Under the pieces are notes generated by a model, which searched no databases, had not been told where the DNA came from, and worked only from the letters and a program-made list of their open reading frames with translations. A DNA stretch of 64,000 nt from an uncultured Verrucomicrobia subdivision 3 bacterium (GTDB taxonomy: Bacteria > Verrucomicrobiota > Verrucomicrobiia > Limisphaerales > UBA11358): assembly GCA_903922735.1 (NCBI GenBank), contig CAIXUZ010000049.1, forward strand, positions 16,636 to 80,635, in the 5' to 3' direction. Below are positions 42,215-50,802 of the stretch, in pieces (the stretch's first letter is position 1; every line of letters begins with the position of its first letter). A program made the translations under genes and the position numbers.

Positions 42215-44701
42215 TTAGGATTCTCGATTGCCGATTTCAGCCCGGGCTCGCAGCGCGGCCAGCACTTGTCCCAAGGCGATGCCGCCGTCGTTGGGCGGAA
42301 CACGCTGGTGCCAGTGCGGCTGGAAATTTTCGGCGCGCAGCCGGGTCACCGTCCGCTCCACCAAATAACGATTCTGGAAGCAGCCACCGCTTAACACGAC
42401 GCGAGTTTCCCCGATTTTTTTGGCGACGGCAACCACCGACTCAGCGAGCGCATTGTGAAATTTTGCAGAAATTTCCCCAATCGCAACGCCGCCGGCGGTG
42501 TCGCTCAAGACCGATTGCACCAGGGGCGACCAATCCAAAACCAATGGCGGTTTTCGGTTTTCGATTTCAAATTTGGATGAGACGACACGCGCGGGAGCCA
42601 GCGACAAGGAATACGCTTCAGCCAGCTTGATGTCACCAATCGCAAACTCCAGTTCCATCGCCGCCTGTCCTTCAAAGCGAAGGTGCTGCCGCAAATTGGT
42701 CAGCGAAGCCACCGCGTCGAATATCCGGCCCAGGCTCGAAGTCAGCGGCGAATTGAAACGGCGCTGTAACATTCCGCGCAGCGTCATCATCTCCACCGGC
42801 GGGATCGCCCGCAGCGGGGCCAGATGCTCCATCTCAAACGCGGACTCGCCATACAACTCATACAGCAGCCCCAACGCGACGCGACGCGGTTCCTTCATCG
42901 CCTTGTCGCCGCCGGGCAGCGGGAACAGGCGCAGGTGCGCGACGCGCTCGACGTTTTTTTCCGTGACCAAAAAAAATTCACCGCCCCAAATGGTGCCATC
43001 CGTGCCATAGCCCGTCCCGTCCCACGCGACCCCAAGCGCGGGCAACGGCACTTCGTTTTCCGCAATGCACGACAGAACGTGCGCGATGTGATGTTGGACT
43101 TGGATGACGTGCGGAGCGCCGAGCACCGTCTCGGCGAGTTTGCTGCTTTTACGGGCTGAGTCGTGTCGGGACGATGCCCGGCGCTCCAGTGCAAATTTCG
43201 TCGAAAGGTAATCCGGGTGCAGATCGGCGGCGATGATGTCCGGCTGAACCGCGTAAAGCCTGGGCAAATCGGCGGCGACGCGGCGGAAGGCTTGATGGGA
43301 CGCCTCCGTTTCCAAATCGCCGATGTGCTGGCTGATGAAAACATTTCCACCAACGGCCAGTGCGACGGAATTTTTCAGATGCGCACCCACCGCCAAAATT
43401 GTTTTAGGTTCAAGCTTCAGCGTTCCGGGTTTATCGGCAGCTTGCAGTTTTGAACCCTGAACTCGGAACCCTAAACTTTGAACGCCCATGTCAATTGGCA
43501 GCGGCGCATATCCCCTCGCCCGGCGCAAAACCATTTCGCGTCCCAGCATCACGCGGACGATCGAATCATCCATATGCCGGACAATCGGGCGGTTGTGGAC
43601 GAGGAATACGTCGGCAATACCGCGCAACCGATTGAGCGCTTCAACCTCATCGGTGCAAATCGGCTCATCACTCAAGTTGCCGCTGGTGGCGATGACGGGA
43701 AAGTCCAGTTCCCCCATGAGCAGATGATGCAGCGGATTGGAGGGCAGCATGACGCCGAGGTTGGGATTTCCGGGGGCAATTTCATTTCCGATTTCCGATT
43801 TCCGACCTCCGCTTTTTTTCAGCAGGACAATCGGCGCCTCCGGCGATCGCAGCAATCGTTCTTCCAACGGCGAAACTTCGCAAACTGTCATCACGCTGGC
43901 GAGTGAGGGAAACATCAACGCGAATGGCTTTTCTTCACGATGCTTCCGTTCCCGCAATCGCCGGACGACGTTTTCGTCACGCGCATCGGCCAGCAGATGA
44001 AAGCCGCCAACGCCTTTGACCGCGACGATTTTCCCGTCACGAACCGCGTTGACGGCGGCTTTCAACGCCGCATCTTGGTGGCAGAGGACTAGCCCGGCGC
44101 CATCCCAGAATTGCAATTGCGGGCCACAGGCGGGACAGGCGTTGGGCTGCGCGTGAAAGCGGCGGTCGCGGGGATTTTTGTATTCCGCCTGACATTGCGG
44201 ACACATTTTGAAACCGCGCATCGAAGTGTTGGCGCGATCGTAGGGCAATGCCTCGATGAGGCTAAAACGCGGACCGCAGTTCGTGCAATTGGTGAACGGA
44301 TAGCGGAAACGACGGTTGGCCGGGTCAAGAATTTCGCGCAAACAATCCGGGCAAGTGGCGATGTCCGGCAAAACCAGCACGGATTTGCCACCGGAAGTTT
44401 CGCTCGCGCGGATTTCAAACTGGTCATAGCCGATGGCATCCAGCCAAGAGGATTCGAGGCTTTGGATGGAACTGCGCGGCGGTTTTTCGGTCTCCAGTCG
44501 GAGCAGAAATTTTTCCAACGCGGAATGGCTGCCTTCCGCCTCGATGAAAACGCCCTGCGGCGAATTGCTGACCCAGCCGGCAAGTTTCAATTCTTCCGCC
44601 AGCCGGAAGACAAAGGGACGGAAGCCCACGCCCTGCACCGCGCCGCGCAACGCGATTTTCAGGCGCGCCGTCGTTGTCTTTAACTGATGGGATGGAATCA
44701 T
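42215..44701 (-). CDS. hypF: Carbamoyltransferase HypF, with several short repeat-derived insertions
   Basis: GAVQGVGFRPFV, zinc fingers CPDC...CTNCGPR and CPQC...CPACGP, KGVGGFHL, QHHIAH, DGTGYG, NDGGIALGQ. Confidence 0.97.
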   Translation of the reverse strand: MIPSHQLKTTTARLKIALRGAVQGVGFRPFVFRLAEELKLAGWVSNSPQGVFIEAEGSHSALEKFLLRLETEKPPRSSIQSLESSWLDAIGYDQFEIRASETSGGKSVLVLPDIATCPDCLREILDPANRRFRYPFTNCTNCGPRFSLIEALPYDRANTSMRGFKMCPQCQAEYKNPRDRRFHAQPNACPACGPQLQFWDGAGLVLCHQDAALKAAVNAVRDGKIVAVKGVGGFHLLADARDENVVRRLRERKHREEKPFALMFPSLASVMTVCEVSPLEERLLRSPEAPIVLLKKSGGRKSEIGNEIAPGNPNLGVMLPSNPLHHLLMGELDFPVIATSGNLSDEPICTDEVEALNRLRGIADVFLVHNRPIVRHMDDSIVRVMLGREMVLRRARGYAPLPIDMGVQSLGFRVQGSKLQAADKPGTLKLEPKTILAVGAHLKNSVALAVGGNVFISQHIGDLETEASHQAFRRVAADLPRLYAVQPDIIAADLHPDYLSTKFALERRASSRHDSARKSSKLAETVLGAPHVIQVQHHIAHVLSCIAENEVPLPALGVAWDGTGYGTDGTIWGGEFFLVTEKNVERVAHLRLFPLPGGDKAMKEPRRVALGLLYELYGESAFEMEHLAPLRAIPPVEMMTLRGMLQRRFNSPLTSSLGRIFDAVASLTNLRQHLRFEGQAAMELEFAIGDIKLAEAYSLSLAPARVVSSKFEIENRKPPLVLDWSPLVQSVLSDTAGGVAIGEISAKFHNALAESVVAVAKKIGETRVVLSGGCFQNRYLVERTVTRLRAENFQPHWHQRVPPNDGGIALGQVLAALRARAEIGNRES
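43113..43187. repeat. 75-bp palindromic element in frame in hypF
   Basis: GGAGCGCCGAGCA...TGCCCGGCGCTCC terminal inverted repeat; length equals 25 codons. Confidence 0.75.
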
Positions 44702-44833
44702 TACTGCTGACTGAGGCTCGGAAGCTGGTTCCAAATGTCAGTAGGAGCCGGGGTGACGAGGGTCCAACTAAACTGATTTAGAGACTTTTCACGTCGCCTC
44801 CTGCAATTTTGAAATAGCTTCTCAACGGCAAAT

Positions 44834-45328
44834 TTACCCGACGACCGGAAGCGTGTCTTTACGGAAATTGGCGGCCACCAACTTTTTTATTTCCGCAACG
44901 GCGGCGTGAAATCCGGCTTCGGCTGCGGGTGAATAGTCCGTGCCAAAACCCAGATGAATCGCGGGAATTGTGAGCCACCATGCTTCCGGCGCGTGGCCAA
45001 AAACGTCGCGGGCGAGCGCAAGCATCGTACGCGGATCCGCAGCGTGGGCCATGAGCTGCGAGGTTGCGCCGGGTTCCAGCTTGCGGAATTGCACGCCGTC
45101 GGTTTTGTCCACGGCGGCATCCACGAAAATCACGCGGCGGACACGGGCAATCGGGTCGGCATGTTCAGGCGTGAGCAACTGGCAGGTAAGCGTACGAACA
45201 CCGGGAAACTGTAATTCTTCAATCGCCTCAGCCACCCGCGGGCCGACGCCGTCGTCACGACGCAGACTATTGCCATAGCCGATGACAAGGAGTTCGGCTT
45301 CGATCTCAGGCTGTACCACCGTGTTCAT
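44834..45328 (-). CDS. Hydrogenase maturation protease (HoxW-like)
   Basis: LVIGYGNSLRRDDGVG, QLLTPE, VIFVDA, AH..DP; downstream of hoxH. Confidence 0.9.
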   Translation of the reverse strand: MNTVVQPEIEAELLVIGYGNSLRRDDGVGPRVAEAIEELQFPGVRTLTCQLLTPEHADPIARVRRVIFVDAAVDKTDGVQFRKLEPGATSQLMAHAADPRTMLALARDVFGHAPEAWWLTIPAIHLGFGTDYSPAAEAGFHAAVAEIKKLVAANFRKDTLPVVG

Positions 45329-45414
45329 ATAAAAAAATCGCCGACGGGGAAGGACCAACCGACCTTCCCCGCCGGCATTGCTTTGCCCAAACCAACCAAG
45401 GACAAATTGTTAGT

Positions 45415-45466
45415 GATGGGGGCGGCGCGCTGCGCCGGCCGGACACCGCAACGCGGCGTCCCGACC
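45415..45466. repeat. Degenerate GTAG-type REP palindrome
   Basis: GGGGCGGCGCGCTGCGCCG...GGACACCGCAACGCGGCGTCCCGACC double hairpin after hoxH. Confidence 0.55.
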
Positions 45467-45471
45467 ATAAA

Positions 45472-46902
45472 TCAGCCGCGCATTTTTTCGTCCAGCACCC
45501 GGCCGTCCGGCGCAATCATTTGGACATGCAGCGGCATCTGGCCAACGGCGTGCGTGGAACAGCTCAGGCACGGATCGTAGCAGCGGATGCCATGTTCGAC
45601 GCGGTTGAGCATGGCCTCGGGAATCTGGCCGTTGGCCCCTTTGATGTAATGCCGCGCGATTTGCGCCACAGTCTGGTTCATGGCCAGATTATTCTGGCCG
45701 GTGGCGACGATGAGATTGACCTTTTGCAGCAGGCCGTTGCGATCCACGGTGTAGTCGTGGAAGAGCGTGCCGCGCGGGGCTTCGCTCGCGCCCACGCCGC
45801 GCAGGCTGTTGATGCCGGCATCAGCGCACAGGTAATCGCTGGAGAGTTCGGGATCGTCCATGTAGCGCTCGATGAATTCAAGCGACGCGAGGATTTCGAT
45901 CAGCCGCGCGTAGTGATACAGGAACGACGACGTGACCGCACCGCGTCCGAGCTTCTTAAACTTTTTCAGCTCCTCGTCCGCCTTCGGCACGCCCATCTGT
46001 TCGGCGACATTGAGCCGCGCGAGCGGGCCGACGCGGTAGATGCCTTCGGGAAAACCGAGCGGCAAATAATACGGCGACTTGAGATAAGAGGTGTTTTGCA
46101 CGGCCTCGCCGATGTAATCCTTGTAATTCACCACCTCCACCTGGTCCGCGATGATGCTGCCGCTGCTGTCAGTGAAACGCAGCTTACCGCCGTGGTGCTC
46201 CCACGAACCGTCCGGCGTGACCAGGCCCATGAAGAGCGACGGGAAGTTGCCGAAAATCTGGATTTCGCGACCGTGCGTCTTCATCGTTTTCTTCCAGATC
46301 TCCAGCGCGACGTCTGTCGTGGCGTAGGCTTCCGGCAGCCACGCCTTGATCCGGGCGCGGCCTTCGGCAGACAAATTGGAGCGCACGCCGCCGGGGACGG
46401 CCCACGCGGGATGCACTTTTTTGGCTCCGAGGATCTCGATGATTTCCTGGCCGAACTGGCGCAGACGGATGCCGGCGCGGGCGAGACCGGCATTGGAGGC
46501 GATGATGCCGAAAACATTCCGGGTAGCGGGCGGCGTATCCCAACCGAGCAAAAAGTCCGGCGCGCTCAAATGGAAAAAGCTCAACGCGTGGCTTTGCACG
46601 AACTGGCCGAGGTTCATCAAGCGGCGCAGCTTGTCGGCGGCGGGCGGGATGCTGACGGCCATGATGGCGTCACCGGCTTTGGCGGACGCAAGCGTATGAC
46701 TGACGGGGCAGATGCCGCAGATGCGCTGGGTGATGCCGGGCATTTCGGGATACGGACGGCCTTCGCAGAATTTTTCAAAGCCGCGAAACTCGACGACATG
46801 GAACTCGGCGTCGGCGACATTGCCGGCGTCGTCCATGAAGATGCTGATTTTGGCGTGTCCTTCGATGCGGGTCACGGGATCAATGACAATGCGTTTTGCC
46901 AT
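45472..46902 (-). CDS. hoxH: Bidirectional NiFe hydrogenase large subunit (group 3d)
   Basis: [11 protein letters not shown]1 [19 protein letters not shown]2 [12 protein letters not shown] with a cleavable C-terminal tail. Confidence 0.97.
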   Translation of the reverse strand: MAKRIVIDPVTRIEGHAKISIFMDDAGNVADAEFHVVEFRGFEKFCEGRPYPEMPGITQRICGICPVSHTLASAKAGDAIMAVSIPPAADKLRRLMNLGQFVQSHALSFFHLSAPDFLLGWDTPPATRNVFGIIASNAGLARAGIRLRQFGQEIIEILGAKKVHPAWAVPGGVRSNLSAEGRARIKAWLPEAYATTDVALEIWKKTMKTHGREIQIFGNFPSLFMGLVTPDGSWEHHGGKLRFTDSSGSIIADQVEVVNYKDYIGEAVQNTSYLKSPYYLPLGFPEGIYRVGPLARLNVAEQMGVPKADEELKKFKKLGRGAVTSSFLYHYARLIEILASLEFIERYMDDPELSSDYLCADAGINSLRGVGASEAPRGTLFHDYTVDRNGLLQKVNLIVATGQNNLAMNQTVAQIARHYIKGANGQIPEAMLNRVEHGIRCYDPCLSCSTHAVGQMPLHVQMIAPDGRVLDEKMRG

Positions 46903-46912
46903 AAAAATTATT

Positions 46913-47461
46913 TCAACCGAATTTTAATTGAGTGCCTTCGAGTTTCGGGGCCTGGCCGGCGAGCACCTGTCCGAGCAACGCCTTGATGCGATCCGCCGGC
47001 GGCGGACAGCCGGGCATGTAATATTCCACCTGCACCGTCTCGTGGACGGGCAGCACGCGGTCCAGCAGCTTCGGCACGATGCCATCGGCTTTCGGAATGA
47101 CAGGATTGTATTGGGCGTTCTCAATGTAGGCGCGCTGCAACACGCTTTCGGTATTGCCGAGGCCGAATTGATTGCGCATGGCGGGCACATTGGCCGTCAC
47201 GGCGCAGTCGCCGAACGACACCAGCACCTTCGTCCGCGCGCGGATTTTGTGGATGAGTTCAAGATTATCCTCGTTGCAGACGGCACCTTCGATGAGGCAC
47301 ACGTCCACGCCTTCAGGATATTCCTTCACATCCGCGATGGGGCTGTAGACCACCTGGATTTTGTCCGCGATATCAACGAGAAACTCGTCGAGATCGAGAA
47401 AGGACATGTGACAGCCGGCGCAACCGCCGAGCCAGACCGTGGCAATTTTTATGCGTTCCAT
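46913..47461 (-). CDS. hoxY: NiFe hydrogenase small subunit
   Basis: [27 protein letters not shown]; 182 aa. Confidence 0.95.
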   Translation of the reverse strand: MERIKIATVWLGGCAGCHMSFLDLDEFLVDIADKIQVVYSPIADVKEYPEGVDVCLIEGAVCNEDNLELIHKIRARTKVLVSFGDCAVTANVPAMRNQFGLGNTESVLQRAYIENAQYNPVIPKADGIVPKLLDRVLPVHETVQVEYYMPGCPPPADRIKALLGQVLAGQAPKLEGTQLKFG

Positions 47462-48165
47462 TGTTTTTTCTCCCGTGCGTTGACGATGAATTCAAGTTTG
47501 TTGCGGTCGCGTTCCGATTCCCCAACGGTCGAGCCTTTTTGGAACAGCGCGCCGGTGGGACAGGACATGACACATTTGCCGCACTCGGTGCAGCTTTCAG
47601 AATCACCCCACTTTTGGTTGAGGTCGGTGATGATCCTGGATTTGCCGCCGCGGCCGGAAACATTCTTCGTTCCCGCGCCCTCGATGTGCCAGCAAACCCG
47701 CACACAGCGCGTGCAAAGAATGCAGCGGTTGTGATCCATGCCGAACAGGCGGTGCGTGTTGTCCACATTCCATTTCGGAAAGGTGTATTCGTAGCGGACG
47801 TGCTCCATGCCCTGGCTGTAGGCGAGCGTCTGCAATTCGCAGTGGCCGTTCGCCACGCAGACGGCGCAGACATGGTTGCGCTCGGCGAACAATAGCTCCA
47901 GCGTCATGCGGCGATACTTACGAAGCCGCTCGGTGTCGGTGGCAACTTCCATGCCTTCGGCGACTTTAAGCGTGCAAGCCGGCAGCAGTTTCGGCGTGCC
48001 GGCCACCTCGACGAGGCACAGGCGGCACGCGCCGATGTCGTAAACGCCTTCGAGATGGCAGAGCGTGGGGATCTTGATGCCCGCCTCGGTGGCGGCCTGC
48101 AAAATAGTTTCGCCTTCCTCGGCGGTGATCTGTTTTCCGTCAATAGTCAGTGTCTTGGCGGCCAT
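47449..48165 (-). CDS. hoxU: Diaphorase Fe-S subunit
   Basis: [53 protein letters not shown]. Confidence 0.95.
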   Translation of the reverse strand: MAAKTLTIDGKQITAEEGETILQAATEAGIKIPTLCHLEGVYDIGACRLCLVEVAGTPKLLPACTLKVAEGMEVATDTERLRKYRRMTLELLFAERNHVCAVCVANGHCELQTLAYSQGMEHVRYEYTFPKWNVDNTHRLFGMDHNRCILCTRCVRVCWHIEGAGTKNVSGRGGKSRIITDLNQKWGDSESCTECGKCVMSCPTGALFQKGSTVGESERDRNKLEFIVNAREKKQWNA

Positions 48166-48169
48166 AAAA

Positions 48170-49804
48170 TTATTTCGTTACGGTTGGAGAATGGGTTGCG
48201 CCCGCGCCGAACGTATCCGGCTGGAGCAGTTCCTCGTATTCGTTGCGGAAAAACCGCAACGTGCTCATCGTCGGATTCGGCGCCGTCTGGCCGAGACCGC
48301 ACAAACTGGTGTTGCGCACCATGTCGCAAAGTTCTTCGAGCTTCGCGAGGTCGCGCGCGGTGGCTTTGCGTTTAAGAATCTTGTCCAGAATATTGTGCAT
48401 CTGCACCGTGCCCGCGCGGCAGGGAATGCACTTGCCGCAGGATTCGTCCATGCAAAATTCCATGAAGAACCGAGCCACGTCCACCATCCGGGTGGTTTCA
48501 TCCATCACAATCATGCCGCCGGAACCCATGATGGAGCCGAGTTTGCCCAGCGATTCGTAGTCCACCGGCGTATCGAGATGCTGTGAAGGGATGCAACCAC
48601 CGGACGGACCGCCGGTCTGCACAGCCTTGATCTTGCCGCCGTCGGGGGCGCCGCCTCCCATTTCTTCGACTATGGTGCGGAGCAGCGTGCCCATTGGCAC
48701 TTCAATGAGGCCCGTGTTTTTGATCTTGCCGGCGAGCGCGAACACTTTCGTGCCCTTGCTCTTTTCCGTGCCGATACCAGCGAACCATTCCGCGCCGTTA
48801 CGATAAATGGCCGGGACATTGGCAAAAGTTTCCACGTTATTCAGCAGGGTGGGGCAGCCGAACAAGCCGCTTTCCGCGGGGAATGGCGGGCGCGGTCGTG
48901 GCGTGCCGCGCTTGCCCTCGACGGACATCATCAACGCGGTTTCTTCACCGCAGACAAAGGCGCCCGCGCCGATGCGGATTTCGACATTGAAGTTGAACGG
49001 CGATTCGAAAATGCCCGCGCCGAGCAGGCTCATCGCCTTGGCCTGCTTGATGGCCAGTTGCAGCCGCGCTATGGCCAGCGGATATTCAGCGCGCACATAT
49101 AGATAGCCTTGATCCGCGCCGACGGCGTAGGCCGCGATGGCCATGCCTTCAAGCACGCTGTGCGGATCGCTTTCGAGCACGCTGCGATCCATGAACGCAC
49201 CGGGGTCGCCTTCGTCGGCGTTGCAAATCACATATTTTTTTGCGCCGGGAGATTTGGCCACCGTGCCCCATTTGAGGCCGGTCGGAAAACCCGCCCCGCC
49301 GCGGCCGCGCAAGCCGCTTTTGGTCATGGCTTCAACCACTTCCTTGGGCGACATTTCATTCAGAACTTCATGCAACGCAAGATAGCCGTCCGCCGCGATG
49401 TAGCTTTCGATCCGTTCGGGATTCACCATGCCACTGTTGGCCAGAACGATGGAAAACTGTTTCTTGAAAAAGGCGGCATCCGGATCGGTCTGCTCCACGT
49501 TCGCCTTGCCGCCTTTGAGCGCGGAGATGATGGACGGCGCATTTTCCGCCGTGACTTTGACGTAAAGCTCATTCTTCGGGTCAACCGCGACCAGCGGTCC
49601 TTCGCAGCACAGTTTCATGCAGCCGACGCCGCGAACTTCCACATCATTTTGCAACCCAGCCTCGGCGACGGCTTTTTCCAGCTGCTCTTTCACTCCCTTC
49701 GAGTCGGAGGACATGCACCCGGCCGCCATGCAGCAGCGCAGCACGATTTTCTTCTGCCCGGCCAGCTCCCGTTCTTTTATCTGAATAAGATCGTTAAGAA
49801 TCAT
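48170..49804 (-). CDS. hoxF: Diaphorase flavoprotein subunit (NuoF-like)
   Basis: N-terminal 2Fe-2S Cys, [57 protein letters not shown]; ATGA overlap with hoxE. Confidence 0.96.
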   Translation of the reverse strand: MILNDLIQIKERELAGQKKIVLRCCMAAGCMSSDSKGVKEQLEKAVAEAGLQNDVEVRGVGCMKLCCEGPLVAVDPKNELYVKVTAENAPSIISALKGGKANVEQTDPDAAFFKKQFSIVLANSGMVNPERIESYIAADGYLALHEVLNEMSPKEVVEAMTKSGLRGRGGAGFPTGLKWGTVAKSPGAKKYVICNADEGDPGAFMDRSVLESDPHSVLEGMAIAAYAVGADQGYLYVRAEYPLAIARLQLAIKQAKAMSLLGAGIFESPFNFNVEIRIGAGAFVCGEETALMMSVEGKRGTPRPRPPFPAESGLFGCPTLLNNVETFANVPAIYRNGAEWFAGIGTEKSKGTKVFALAGKIKNTGLIEVPMGTLLRTIVEEMGGGAPDGGKIKAVQTGGPSGGCIPSQHLDTPVDYESLGKLGSIMGSGGMIVMDETTRMVDVARFFMEFCMDESCGKCIPCRAGTVQMHNILDKILKRKATARDLAKLEELCDMVRNTSLCGLGQTAPNPTMSTLRFFRNEYEELLQPDTFGAGATHSPTVTK

Positions 49805-50328
49805 GATTTCACCCACTGGTTGATATGTTCCATTGTGGACTCTGCCGTCTGACGCGGCGTGACTGTGCCGTCATAAACCACCGCCGGCGCGATCCCGCAG
49901 GCGCCAATACAGCGCGCGGTGAGGAGGGAAACCTTGTTGTCCGCAGTCGTTTCGCCCGCTTTGATCTTGAGTTGGTTTTGGACGGCCTCGACCACCTTGT
50001 CAGCGCCCTTGACATAGCAGGCGGTGCCCATGCAGACCACGCAGGTATGCTGCCCTTGGGGCTTGAGTGTGAAGAAATGATAAAAGGTTGCCACCCCATA
50101 TACCCGGCTCGGCGGCAGTTTGAGATGATGCGCGACAAATAGCAGCACGTCGTCTTCAAGGTAGCCGAATAGTTCTTGCGCCTTGTGGAGCACTTCAATC
50201 AAAGCATCCTGCTTGAATTGAAGCTTCTTCATGTGAACTTCCAGTATTTTAAACCGTTTATCGCCACTGGGATGGCTGGCTGGCGCTTTGGCCAGTGGCT
50301 GTTTAAGTTCGGGTGCAGTAGTGACCAT
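49801..50328 (-). CDS. hoxE: Diaphorase 2Fe-2S subunit (NuoE-like)
   Basis: LIEVLHKAQELFGYL, VYGVATFYHFF, CVVCMGTAC, RCIGACGIAP. Confidence 0.95.
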   Translation of the reverse strand: MVTTAPELKQPLAKAPASHPSGDKRFKILEVHMKKLQFKQDALIEVLHKAQELFGYLEDDVLLFVAHHLKLPPSRVYGVATFYHFFTLKPQGQHTCVVCMGTACYVKGADKVVEAVQNQLKIKAGETTADNKVSLLTARCIGACGIAPAVVYDGTVTPRQTAESTMEHINQWVKS

Positions 50329-50414
50329 AAATTTTGCCGCTATTGGTTACAATTAGTTTTCAAACGGAAAACTAAATTAAAATTAGTCTATTTGATTATC
50401 GTGTCAGCACATTA

Positions 50415-50445
50415 TTTGGCAAAAATTGGCTCTGTTTTGTCAAAT
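50415..50445 (-). promoter_or_regulatory. Tandem TTTG(A/C)CAAA sites 21 bp apart upstream of hoxE, the proximal one overlapping a possible -35 box
   Basis: Minus strand: TTTGACAAAACAGAGCCAATT-TTTGCCAAATAAT; TTGCCA-N16-GATAAT. Confidence 0.5.
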
Positions 50446-50802
50446 CTCCTACCCTAAACTCCTCTCGCCCCATGCAACTACAAGGAATAGTGGCATTCAA
50501 AACGATCTAACTAGGCCTTGGGGGTTAAGCAATATCTGCAAAGACAAAGTCAATATCTGGAAAGAACTTCCCCGATAATTTCATCAGATTCATGATGCGG
50601 AACGCGTTACCTTTTAAGTTGCGTTTATGCATTTTCAGATGAATGACAAATACAAACAAGTGGCAGCGGGCTCGGACCATCAGATGATACTGATAAGTCT
50701 GACCGCGCCATTTCAACTGGTCATTCTGCTGACCCGCGACCGCGACCGCCATCCATCATCATCCCACCGCCAACAACCAATCAGGAAATCATCATAATTT
50801 AT

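Noticed and set aside
45472-46986. 488-aa plus-strand ORF, and possible selenocysteine in HoxH
   Set aside because: The ORF is the shadow of hoxH. All four Ni-binding positions are Cys and there is no in-frame TGA.
50560-50800. Named riboswitch upstream of hppA
   Set aside because: A hairpin exists, but I could not match it to any known riboswitch consensus by eye, so it is kept only as a low-interest note.
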